Positions 24,007-32,000 of a DNA stretch of 32,000 bases are shown here, one piece after another. The stretch is from the NCBI GenBank assembly GCA_027460535.1, contig JAPZAR010000006.1, positions 1 to 32,000 on the forward strand, written 5' to 3'. Position numbers and translations under genes: made by a program. Under the pieces are notes generated by a model. It did no database searches, had not been told where the DNA came from, and saw only the letters and a list, made by a program, of their open reading frames with translations. Source of the stretch: Candidatus Methanoperedens sp. GTDB lineage: Archaea > Halobacteriota > Methanosarcinia > Methanosarcinales > Methanoperedenaceae. Positions within the stretch are counted from its first letter, which is position 1. Each line of letters begins with the position of its first letter.

Positions 24007-25446
24007 TCAATACTTAAATCTTTGTACACAAAAATCCACAAACGTTCTCGCAAACTTCGTGTATGAAGCAGCATGCAGATGTGCGTACGCAGCAAGCGTG
24101 TTCTTCACAAGTATGCCATCGAGATCCCCCTTTATCCCTGTTCCACGCTCAAGTCTGATAGCAAAATCTGTATCTTCAGGAAGATCAACTATCTCGGAAT
24201 GATGGAATTCATGCCCGATAAAAGAGGCGCCCGCTTTTCCTATAACATTATTCTTTACAAAGCTGCCGACATTGTAGCTCACAACCCTTTTGTGCCCCAT
24301 CAATGTCCTTCCCGGGATCGCACCGACCATCGCAAAGGTTCCTTCCTCCATTTCAGCCATATGATAATTGCCGGCACCAGAGACTCCGGTTTGAATCTCG
24401 TGCGTCAAATACATGAGGCCACCACATTCGGCATATAAAGGCATGCCATCGGATGAAAACTGTTTGATGGCTTCGCGCATAGGGGTATTGTCCTCAAGTT
24501 CCCTGGCGAAGAGTTCTGGATAGCCGCCGCCGATATAAATGCCGTCGACCTCGGGGATAGAACGGTCGTTCACAGGGCTGAAATAAACAAGTTCGGCACC
24601 TGCAAGCTCAAGCAATTCGAGATTATCACGGTAATAGAAATTGAAAGCTTCGTCCAATGCCACCCCGATCCTTATATTGTTTTCAGTGGAATATGATTTG
24701 AAAATATTCTCCGCAGGCTTCTTTAGAGGTTGTACGGAGCCTGCAAGGGATATCAGCCTGTTGATATCGATGCCCTCTTTAATGATCGCCTTGATCCGAC
24801 CAAGATTCTCATCAAAATCAGCAAGTCTTCGCCTTCCCTCCATTGCAGGAATCAGCCCGAGATGTCGCATCGAGATCCTCATGGAGTCGTTTCTTGGAAT
24901 TACACCTATGACCGGTGTACCGGTGTAATATTCAATAGCAGTCCTGGCTTTTTCTCCATGTCGATCACTTCCGATATTGTTCAGGATCACGCCTACAATG
25001 TTCACGTTCGGATCAAATGATTTGTATCCGGAGACAAGGGCTGCTGTGCTCCGTGTAATGCTTCTGGCATTAATGACCAGAATGACGGGGCATTCTAATA
25101 TTTTGGCGATCTGGGCAGTACTCCCTGTATCGCTTGTGGCTTCAAGACCTTCAAAAAGGCCTCGCACGCCCTCAATAACCGCAATATCCGCGCCTTCCAC
25201 AGCATGGGAAAATACCTCGCATACCGCTTCCTCCGTCATCAGATATCCATCAATGTTGCGGGAATACCTGCCTGTTACTTCGGTATGATAGCTGGGATCA
25301 ATAAAATCCAATCCGACCTTGAACGGCTGCACTGTGTATCCCATATCGCGAAGTACTGACATTATGCCTGTAGAAATTGTGGTTTTCCCGGCTGAAGAGC
25401 GATCTCCTGCTATGAGGATACGGGGAATATCTATTGCATCGGTCAT
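24007..25446 (-). CDS. cfbB: Ni-sirohydrochlorin a,c-diamide synthase (CobB/CbiA family; F430 biosynthesis)
   Basis: 479 aa with an N-terminal ..GDRSSAGKTT.. P-loop and a C-terminal glutamine amidotransferase domain (..YAECGGLMYL.., ..GHEFH..). It is adjacent to the NifH/NifD-like cfbC and cfbD. Confidence 0.8.
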   Translation of the reverse strand: MTDAIDIPRILIAGDRSSAGKTTISTGIMSVLRDMGYTVQPFKVGLDFIDPSYHTEVTGRYSRNIDGYLMTEEAVCEVFSHAVEGADIAVIEGVRGLFEGLEATSDTGSTAQIAKILECPVILVINARSITRSTAALVSGYKSFDPNVNIVGVILNNIGSDRHGEKARTAIEYYTGTPVIGVIPRNDSMRISMRHLGLIPAMEGRRRLADFDENLGRIKAIIKEGIDINRLISLAGSVQPLKKPAENIFKSYSTENNIRIGVALDEAFNFYYRDNLELLELAGAELVYFSPVNDRSIPEVDGIYIGGGYPELFARELEDNTPMREAIKQFSSDGMPLYAECGGLMYLTHEIQTGVSGAGNYHMAEMEEGTFAMVGAIPGRTLMGHKRVVSYNVGSFVKNNVIGKAGASFIGHEFHHSEIVDLPEDTDFAIRLERGTGIKGDLDGILVKNTLAAYAHLHAASYTKFARTFVDFCVQRFKY

Positions 25447-25467
25447 ATTTTATGATGTAAAGCTGAG

Positions 25468-26259
25468 TTAAATTCTCGTAAGTTGTCTTAATCTTTTATC
25501 ATCCAGCGGCACAGGGATTTTCCCATCTCTTTTCGCCATTATACTGCGCGCAAGTTTCCTGTAAACGCCTGCTATATTGGAATCGGGCGCTTTTTCAATA
25601 ACTGAAAAACCTTCTCTCTCGCATGTTTGTACAAGAACATCCTTTGGGATAAATGCAAGCAAGCTGCTTCCTATTTCCTTTGCGAACTCGCTGACTATAT
25701 TTTCTTCATTAGGCGCCCCCCGGGAGTTGCAGATCACTCCATTAAGAGTCATTTCGAGACGTGAAAGCCCTTTGCAGATATTATTGGCAGCATACAGCGG
25801 CATGTATTCGCCTGAGGTCAGAACGTATGCCTCGTTCACCAGACCTTTCTTGACAGGAGCTACAAAACCCCCGCACACGATATCACCCGGCACGTCATAT
25901 ATCACAAGGTCCGTATCCTCGATGGCTTTTGAGATTTTCCGAAGTAATGCTATTGCCACGATTATGCCTCTCCCTGCACACCCTATCCCGGGTTCCGGTC
26001 CGCCAATCTCTATACACTTTACACCTTTATACCCGTTGAATACGATGTCCTTTTCGGTGATTTCCTCGCCCTGCCTCATCAGGTCCATGATCGTGGGGAT
26101 GCGCTCTCCGCGCAATAATGTAATGGAAGAGTCGCTTTTCGGGTCACATCCGATTATGGTTACGCGGTACCCATCGTCAGCACAGGCCGCAGCCACATTT
26201 GATGCTGTACTTGACTTTCCGATGCCTCCTTTTCCATAGATGGCAATTTGCTTAGGCAT
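25468..26259 (-). CDS. cfbC: Ni-sirohydrochlorin a,c-diamide reductive cyclase, NifH-like ATPase subunit
   Basis: 263 aa with [11 protein letters not shown], ..CDPK.DS.. and ..CAGRG.. / ..VCGGF.. cluster Cys motifs. Confidence 0.85.
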   Translation of the reverse strand: MPKQIAIYGKGGIGKSSTASNVAAACADDGYRVTIIGCDPKSDSSITLLRGERIPTIMDLMRQGEEITEKDIVFNGYKGVKCIEIGGPEPGIGCAGRGIIVAIALLRKISKAIEDTDLVIYDVPGDIVCGGFVAPVKKGLVNEAYVLTSGEYMPLYAANNICKGLSRLEMTLNGVICNSRGAPNEENIVSEFAKEIGSSLLAFIPKDVLVQTCEREGFSVIEKAPDSNIAGVYRKLARSIMAKRDGKIPVPLDDKRLRQLTRI

Positions 26260-26520
26260 TCTGTTTATCCTATATTTAATTCAGTTGAAATTCGTTCGAT
26301 AATTCTTTTTAGTTCATCATCAATTTCATCAGGTATTATTGATTGGTCGACCTTTTCTCCAATTATTATTTTCCGTCCGTCTGTATTCTTACTTTTTTCT
26401 TTCAAATATTTTTCAATATTCTTATCTTATTGAAATGCAATTCTATTAATGTTATGCGAACAGATTTTAGAAGACTAATTATTTTATAGCTAAATAAAAT
26501 GCTTTCATTTATAATATTAA

Positions 26521-26666
26521 CCGCAGATGAACGCAGATAAACGCAGATACATGATGATAAATCCGTGTTAATCTGTGTTATCCGTGCAATCCGTGTTCTA
26601 TTCATCGACCCCACGCACCTCAATGGAACACGGATGACACGGATTTGACGGATTTTCACAGATTTT
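26521..26666. repeat. 10-bp-periodic short repeats (CGCAGATNA x3, then ATCCGTGNN units) arranged as an imperfect ~40-bp inverted repeat (arms 26558-26598 and 26626-26666)
   Basis: Read directly from the sequence: ccgcagatga/acgcagataa/acgcagatac/..atccgtgtta/atctgtgtta/tccgtgcaa/tccgtgttc, mirrored by gaacacggat/gacacggat/ttgacggat/tttcacagat. Confidence 0.7.
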
Positions 26667-27056
26667 TTTATCTATGTTCCAGATTTTTCTATCATTCGTA
26701 AATATTGTTCTTTTGAATTCTGCTTTTTTACCAAAATTCAACAACATTCCAACTTCTTTATCTGTTGCTTTTAGATAATTGATCAACTGAGCTTTATGCT
26801 CATCCCTTAAACTCTCAGCAGCTTTGATTTCTATGATGATCTGGTCATTTACAACAATATCCGCAAAATAATTACCAACTTCCTGATTTTCGTAGTAAAC
26901 TTTTATACTTCTCTGTTGTGAAGTGCATAACCCCATATTCTTTATCTCAATGTTAATGGCATTTTCATAAACTTTTTCCAAAAAGCCATAACCCAACGTG
27001 TTATAGACTTTGTAAAATGCACTTATAATTTTGTCGGTTATTTCAGCATGGAGCAT
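26598..27056 (-). CDS. GxxExxY-family protein (PD-(D/E)XK nuclease-like)
   Basis: 152 aa with ..GYGFLEKVYENA.. (the G-x-x-E-x-x-Y motif) and ..D..V...IIIEIKA.. (the D..ExK-like core). The last ~30 codons (..ICENPSNPCHPCSIEVRGVDE) read into the repeat region and are probably not part of the folded domain. Confidence 0.75.
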   Translation of the reverse strand: MLHAEITDKIISAFYKVYNTLGYGFLEKVYENAINIEIKNMGLCTSQQRSIKVYYENQEVGNYFADIVVNDQIIIEIKAAESLRDEHKAQLINYLKATDKEVGMLLNFGKKAEFKRTIFTNDRKIWNIDKKICENPSNPCHPCSIEVRGVDE

Positions 27057-27126
27057 TTTGTTCTCCTTTTATGAAACATGATGGCACTTGATTTGATTGA
27101 TTTTTGCCCAAATATGAAATCTTCTT

Positions 27127-28245
27127 TCAATCACTTTTCGCCATCTCCCGAAGCGTGGCGCCGAATTCTGACTCCACGATGTGGTTCACACCCAGCGTCT
27201 TTGGATGCAGGTCGACTTCCACCACCACGTGCTTATGCCCCATCTCTTTTAAAGGCACAACCTGCCGCGGTCCGTTGGTGATGGAGAATAACTCCATGTT
27301 CTTTATGTTTTCCATGGGAAGCGCATGCGGCACACCAGTTATTACCGCAAAATCGAAATCGGAGTATTTTTCACCTATTATCCGGCTGGCTGTATCCCCC
27401 GCTATGGGGTACTCGTCCAGTCCTCCTATTATGTGGTGGATTTCAAAGCCTTTCTGCGTTAATTCTTCTCTGATTTCGCGTGCATTTCTTCTGTTCTTGG
27501 GAAGCCCCAGGTTCTCATCAAGGTTTGCCATATTTATGATACTTGAGTTTGAACCGAATTTCTTTGCTACCTGAGTGACAGCGAGATTGATGTCAGCGAA
27601 CATGAACGCGGTCTCTTTCTTCGCGTTGAGGATGTTGAGTCCGTTCTTACCCTGTTTTATAAGCTCAAGCAATCTTCCCGCAACTTTAAATTTCAAATCC
27701 CCCCTGCTGGGTTCCAGATACTCCTGGCTTGCGGCTCCATGGCGCTTTTCGACATTGGTTGCTTCCTTCAGGAGTAATTTTTGCCTTTCGAATTCCGCTT
27801 CGCTTATTATTCCAGAGGCAAGGGCTGATTCAAGCGCGATGATGACTCCTTTTGTATTGTCCCTGTAGCCCGCATGGACTTCGACTTCAATGACTGGAAC
27901 ATCTGGCTGGACTTCCGTCACGGCTTCATGTAATTCCTCACCTATGATCATGCTCGCGCACGTTCCCACGATGCCAATACGTTTTGGATTGAACCGTTTG
28001 ATGACCTTTTGAAGCACTTCAACAAGTGCATCGTGCCCGCCGAATACGAACCCAGATTCATCGAGCGATGTTGTGACAACCCTCATGCCATCCTCCTCAA
28101 GCAGGCGTGCATGCTTGAAACTGCATCCGGGAGGGCCATGCAGGATAACAACATCGGTATCAAGGTCTCTCAAGGTGTATAATGCGGCAACGATCGAGCT
28201 GGGGCGCGGATGCATTATCAGGGGTTCTTTCTCTCTTACTGGCAT
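27127..28245 (-). CDS. cfbD: Ni-sirohydrochlorin a,c-diamide reductive cyclase, NifD/NflD-like subunit
   Basis: 372 aa belonging to the nitrogenase component-1-like family (..[11 protein letters not shown].., ..[12 protein letters not shown]..). It is in the same orientation as cfbC and cfbB. Confidence 0.8.
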   Translation of the reverse strand: MPVREKEPLIMHPRPSSIVAALYTLRDLDTDVVILHGPPGCSFKHARLLEEDGMRVVTTSLDESGFVFGGHDALVEVLQKVIKRFNPKRIGIVGTCASMIIGEELHEAVTEVQPDVPVIEVEVHAGYRDNTKGVIIALESALASGIISEAEFERQKLLLKEATNVEKRHGAASQEYLEPSRGDLKFKVAGRLLELIKQGKNGLNILNAKKETAFMFADINLAVTQVAKKFGSNSSIINMANLDENLGLPKNRRNAREIREELTQKGFEIHHIIGGLDEYPIAGDTASRIIGEKYSDFDFAVITGVPHALPMENIKNMELFSITNGPRQVVPLKEMGHKHVVVEVDLHPKTLGVNHIVESEFGATLREMAKSD

Positions 28246-28388
28246 CTTTTTTCTCCAAATCAGTCCAATAGGACCAATGAAAATCGTGGTTTTAGCTTAT
28301 AGACACTTATTGTGATAATACTTTCTACCACTTTAGCTTTCGGATAGGAATTAATACTATCTTCAAGAAAGCGCTTAATGGATAGGTA

Positions 28389-29222
28389 TTAGATGGTCAG
28401 GTCAAGCCTGTCCAGATCGATCTTTTTCATTGTCCATCTATAATAGTTGAGGTGAGCATATAGCCCGAGTGCGATCAAAAGATAGCTCAAAATGTAAATT
28501 GAATCAAGTAATGTTCCAGTGTGAAATCCACTGCTTAATTCCTGATAGGATATTTTTGAAAGGATCTCCAAGACATAATCTCCTATTGTGCTGATGATTA
28601 TTCCTATAAGTACTATAGTGAATGTGATGCTTTCTTTGTTTTCCATACTGGATTGCTGTCTGTAAAGAAAAAGGATCGGCAGAAGCATAATGACTATTGC
28701 ATTATCTATGATTCTAAACAATATCTTCGTCAATACTTCCACATTGAACTCGATCCTGTAATTCAAAAGGAAATAAAAGATTATGAAATTTCCAAGGATG
28801 AACATAAAAATTATAAATATCCACTCCTTTTTGTGTATGCTTGTGAAATCTGTTATCTTCAATATATTTATACACGACCTGATTAGAAGAACATAGGCTA
28901 TTCCGGCTACGGCCAGGGAAATATACGGGAGCGGGCCAAATATGCTGTACAGTAAGCTCCAGAACTGATCCAGGTTCGCGAAAAATAGAAACAATATGAA
29001 AAAAGCAAGGTAGAAGAATACTTTTTTAAGTTCCCGTTCATAGCTGAATGCTACTTTAAGAGATAACAAGAAAGCAATTAAAAGAGATATAAGCATAATA
29101 TTAATCGTGTATATACCGGCTATATTCCTCGGCAAGAGCAGGGCGATGACAGAAATCCCGAAGCTGACGGGAATTGATATTTTCAAAAATAATTTAGGAT
29201 TCATGCCAAACTCTTTTATCAT
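28389..29222 (-). CDS. Polytopic membrane protein (about 8 TM segments), unknown function
   Basis: 277-aa AT-rich gene with repeated hydrophobic ~20-aa stretches. I recognise no catalytic motifs. Confidence 0.6.
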   Translation of the reverse strand: MIKEFGMNPKLFLKISIPVSFGISVIALLLPRNIAGIYTINIMLISLLIAFLLSLKVAFSYERELKKVFFYLAFFILFLFFANLDQFWSLLYSIFGPLPYISLAVAGIAYVLLIRSCINILKITDFTSIHKKEWIFIIFMFILGNFIIFYFLLNYRIEFNVEVLTKILFRIIDNAIVIMLLPILFLYRQQSSMENKESITFTIVLIGIIISTIGDYVLEILSKISYQELSSGFHTGTLLDSIYILSYLLIALGLYAHLNYYRWTMKKIDLDRLDLTI

Positions 29223-29679
29223 CAGGTCGATTTTTCATATCAGCAATAATACAGATACTCATTAAAGATATGAAATTTGAGAAATCGTGAAGTTGGACAG
29301 TGCAGCAAAAGGGAGGTTTTAGCATTGGATCTAATTATAGATTGCATTCCATAAAAAACTAACGGCATTAAGAAGTTGCATCCGCATGATAAAAACAAGC
29401 ATTGGTTTATGCACGGACCTTTAATTTATTAACATTAGTATTTCATTAGTATTTATACTTTTTGATATATTAAAATGCATTATATCCGGGTTCTTATACG
29501 GTGTCACTCTAATAGTAAGATAGTATTTATTGGTGGCACTATAATCTTATCATTAACCAGGAGGGTTTTAAGGGCAGGTTGGGGTGGGATTCAGCTTTTC
29601 AACAGAATATTTATCATTCCGATGTATATAAATAATCGCAGTGTTATTTACGATCAAAACTTGCTTTTGAGACTGAACG

Positions 29680-30135
29680 ATGCTATTTAAAGCACTAATG
29701 AAATTAATAGCAATCAAGATAAACCTTCAGACCCTATTGTATATCTTGGCGTTTGTTAGTTTTGGCATAGGGGATAGTGTCAGTGGAGCCCATATGATGA
29801 CTGTTCGAGGTCCATATGCTGAAGCCAATCCTGTTTTAAGGGATATGTTCATAACATTTGGTTTGGAGTACATGGTTCTGGCCAAGCTGTGGGTCACCGC
29901 CATTATGCTTTTTGCGATCCATATTTACCAGTGGCGGCATAAGGGCAGAATTTACTGGACTGTAAATGGGACCCTGCTCGCCATAATTGCGGGGGGATTG
30001 ATAGGGACATATTTTAACATAAGGGTGCTTAATGGTGCAATGCCTTCGGAGCCGGGTTTAGTAATATTTATATACGCTGCTATTGTCCTGATTTTCATTG
30101 AACTGGGTAATCTTATAGACGGGCCTGCGTCATGA
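29680..30135 (+). CDS. Small 4-TM membrane protein with D-x-x-S/T and E-A-N-P motifs (DUF5658-like, from memory)
   Basis: 151 aa containing ..GIGDSVSGAHMM..YAEANPVLRDMF... The start may be the Met at codon 7. Confidence 0.55.
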   Translation: MLFKALMKLIAIKINLQTLLYILAFVSFGIGDSVSGAHMMTVRGPYAEANPVLRDMFITFGLEYMVLAKLWVTAIMLFAIHIYQWRHKGRIYWTVNGTLLAIIAGGLIGTYFNIRVLNGAMPSEPGLVIFIYAAIVLIFIELGNLIDGPAS

Positions 30136-30146
30136 ATTTCATATTT

Positions 30147-30881
30147 TCATGATTTCGGGACTTTATTAATTAGTAAACCGAAAGCAAAAAACACCACGAT
30201 TAAACCCAGTATCCCGGCCTCAGGCCCATAATTGCCTCCAGTGAGTATGCTGGGCTCTATGTATCTTGATTTTATTAATCCAATATGTATATCTGAAAGG
30301 GTAAAGATATTATATTGCAGGAAGTTCCATGCGAAATGAAACCCTACTGCAGACATGAGTCCATATTTTAAATAGATTATCGCAGCGATAGCTCCGAGTA
30401 ACCCAATAACGGAAAATGCCACGATTCCCCTTGACGTATCCAGGCCATAGTAAATTATGGAAGGTATGTGAATGGTGGAAAACATTAAAGAAGAAAGGAA
30501 AATACCTGCCCGGGTCCCGGTTTCGGAGATAATGTTCGGAAGCATATAACCTCTAAAGGAGATTTCTTCCCCCAGGGCAACGATTATCTGGAGAATAAAA
30601 TACGAAGAAAGTAGATAAAGATTTAGATCAAATCCTTCAATTTTGACCCAATCAGCAAGAATTTCGATTCCAAACACTATTCCAATCAAGGAGGTCCCTA
30701 TTAATAATCCGGAAGCAACATTTCCTCTCCATGAGATATTGCTATTTAAATAAATAACAGCTAAAATAATTATTACATATATGATATATATGGAAACGGG
30801 ATTAGATACTGCAACCAGGTTAAAAACCAACAATCCCATTATAAGGCAATACATTGAAAGGCTTTTTATTAAAGGTCTCAT
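30147..30881 (-). CDS. CPBP-family (CAAX/Abi) intramembrane glutamic endopeptidase
   Basis: 244 aa with the three CPBP motifs EEISFRG, FSTIHIP and HFAWNF in a polytopic membrane context. Its start overlaps the stop of the upstream gene (ATGA). Confidence 0.8.
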   Translation of the reverse strand: MRPLIKSLSMYCLIMGLLVFNLVAVSNPVSIYIIYVIIILAVIYLNSNISWRGNVASGLLIGTSLIGIVFGIEILADWVKIEGFDLNLYLLSSYFILQIIVALGEEISFRGYMLPNIISETGTRAGIFLSSLMFSTIHIPSIIYYGLDTSRGIVAFSVIGLLGAIAAIIYLKYGLMSAVGFHFAWNFLQYNIFTLSDIHIGLIKSRYIEPSILTGGNYGPEAGILGLIVVFFAFGLLINKVPKS

Positions 30882-32000
30882 ACCACTTCTTGTGACGTAT
30901 CCAGCGTGATGCGATCCTTTATATTGACTTTCATCCTTTTCGTTGGAGGTATCATTCCCCGTATTTTCGATATGATCAGTAGATTTGTTATATCGTCTCC
31001 GTTAATTGTTACATCCAGGTCGAATACAACATCACATTTATTTGCGATCATGTTCTCAATTTCTTTCCCATGGGTATTATTGAAAATATACAGGTAGCAT
31101 ATACTGTTAGTGCTTGATGTGATCTCATAGATCTTATTCAGGAGACGCCATGTTCTATCACGGTCGTTTATGAGATCTATGTAAAATGAGAAATTATCTA
31201 TTATAATCCTATTGTCCTCGCTGGCCTGGATTTGCTTTAGCGAGTGTTCGGTGAAAAGGGATATTTCATCATCCTTTCTCATCGATGCGGGATTAAAATA
31301 CCTGTTCATATTATCCTGGATATCCTTGTCGCTGCTCGGTCCCACTATGAACGTACAGTTTGCATTCCCGGCAGCATGACACTGGATTTCATAAGCGCTC
31401 ATCTCTGAATTAAGGAGTGACGTGAGGAGACCGGCAAACAGCCCGGCGTGATAGTAGCATATACTTTCTTTAAACCCGGAAAGCTCATTGCATTCAGGGC
31501 AATTGTTAAATTCTATTGTGAACTTCTTGTTCTTCGGGTCGATCTCTGAGAACCGAAAGCTGCTCTGCTCATTTGTTTTCATCAATTTGGTAAATACCTT
31601 GTTTGATAGATCTCCAAGGATTTCTGCTGCTTTTTCTTTTGTCCAGAACTCGAACTTCCAGAGCGTATCTTTTGGCAGTTTGACGCTCTCGGTGAAGATA
31701 TTTGCGTCTTTCTTTGCGCTATTATAAGATAATTCGTATAGATTTTTTTTGACAGTGGGTGGCAGGTTCTCTTTTTGTTCGTAGTTAAATTTACTGTATA
31801 TGTCAACAAAGGAAATGTTCTTCGTATCAAAACCCAATTTTTTTGATCCCTGGATTATGTGCTCTGGCTTTCGCTCCGTTGTAAAATACAGGACTTTCCC
31901 GACCGATGCCAGCTGATGTATCAAGACCTCGGCCATGGATTTCGGATTTATAAGGCAGCAAACCATTGAACCGGCTGGGATGCCTCCTCCCAGTACATTG
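30878..32000 (-). CDS. KaiC/RecA-superfamily protein with a degenerate Walker A and an inserted V4R (4-vinyl-reductase-type ligand-binding) domain; 5' end outside the window
   Basis: The reading frame stays open to the window edge (..NVLGGGIPAGSMVCCLINP..). It has KaiC-like ..VLYFTTE..P..II...KKLGFD.. and ..RIIIDNFS.. segments. The V4R pattern is ..NNCPEC....G....ICYYHAGLFAGLL......YEIQCHAAGNANCTFIV... Confidence 0.7.
   Translation of the reverse strand, partial: NVLGGGIPAGSMVCCLINPKSMAEVLIHQLASVGKVLYFTTERKPEHIIQGSKKLGFDTKNISFVDIYSKFNYEQKENLPPTVKKNLYELSYNSAKKDANIFTESVKLPKDTLWKFEFWTKEKAAEILGDLSNKVFTKLMKTNEQSSFRFSEIDPKNKKFTIEFNNCPECNELSGFKESICYYHAGLFAGLLTSLLNSEMSAYEIQCHAAGNANCTFIVGPSSDKDIQDNMNRYFNPASMRKDDEISLFTEHSLKQIQASEDNRIIIDNFSFYIDLINDRDRTWRLLNKIYEITSSTNSICYLYIFNNTHGKEIENMIANKCDVVFDLDVTINGDDITNLLIISKIRGMIPPTKRMKVNIKDRITLDTSQEVV

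Noticed and set aside
23988-24095. Long form of the second tatA ORF (start at 24095)
   Set aside because: The extension overlaps the 3' end of cfbB and precedes the canonical TatA N-terminus (MIGTSELILIL..).
26521-26666. Short repeats considered as a CRISPR array
   Set aside because: The units are about 10 bp and contiguous with no spacers, they are arranged as an inverted repeat, and no cas genes are nearby. This is not CRISPR.
29433-29454. Tandem 11-bp duplication CATTAGTATTT x2, and the nearby 71-aa ORF at 29475-29690
   Set aside because: The repeat is only two copies in a very AT-rich intergenic region. The ORF has no SD or homology and has an implausible composition.

Overview
This window looks like an archaeal chromosome segment. 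The gene content fits a Methanosarcinales-type methane-metabolising archaeon, and the combination of F430 genes, Fae and a PHA cluster is what I would expect of an ANME-2d / 'Ca. Methanoperedens'-like genome. That placement is inference, not a search result.

Left to right, the window contains:
- **428-7153, housekeeping block:** a MoeA-PBP fusion, a two-repeat lipoprotein, split Kae1/Bud32 (KEOPS), the aIF-1A / Rio1 / KH-protein ribosome-biogenesis cluster, and Fae.
- **7364-7603:** a small Hfq/Sm-like ORF.
- **about 7.97-18.5 kb, polyhydroxyalkanoate (PHA) supercluster:** two paralogous small proteins, three paralogous ~365-aa proteins built from duplicated PhaE N-terminal modules, then phaE-phaC-phaB, phaA, a second SDR with an internal duplication, and a patatin-like candidate depolymerase carrying a 90-codon insertion. 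Shared palindromic sites lie in and just upstream of the cluster.
- **18653-18859:** an etfB relic.
- **18998-19923:** an uncharacterised two-gene operon, divergent from cdrS-ftsZ.
- **20278-21836:** cdrS-ftsZ, followed by a small Cys-rich ORF and a terminator.
- **21879-23987:** larB, a conserved hypothetical protein, and two tatA genes.
- **24007-28245, coenzyme F430 genes:** cfbB, cfbC and cfbD, with a GxxExxY (PD-(D/E)XK-like) gene and a 10-bp-periodic inverted repeat between cfbD and cfbC.
- **28.4-32 kb, AT-rich accessory block:** membrane proteins, a CPBP intramembrane protease, and a KaiC/RecA-like protein with a degenerate P-loop and an inserted V4R domain.

I found no tRNA, rRNA or CRISPR array. 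The most interesting candidate for an undescribed system is the set of PhaE-module repeat proteins, their paralogous small partners and the shared operators in the PHA locus.
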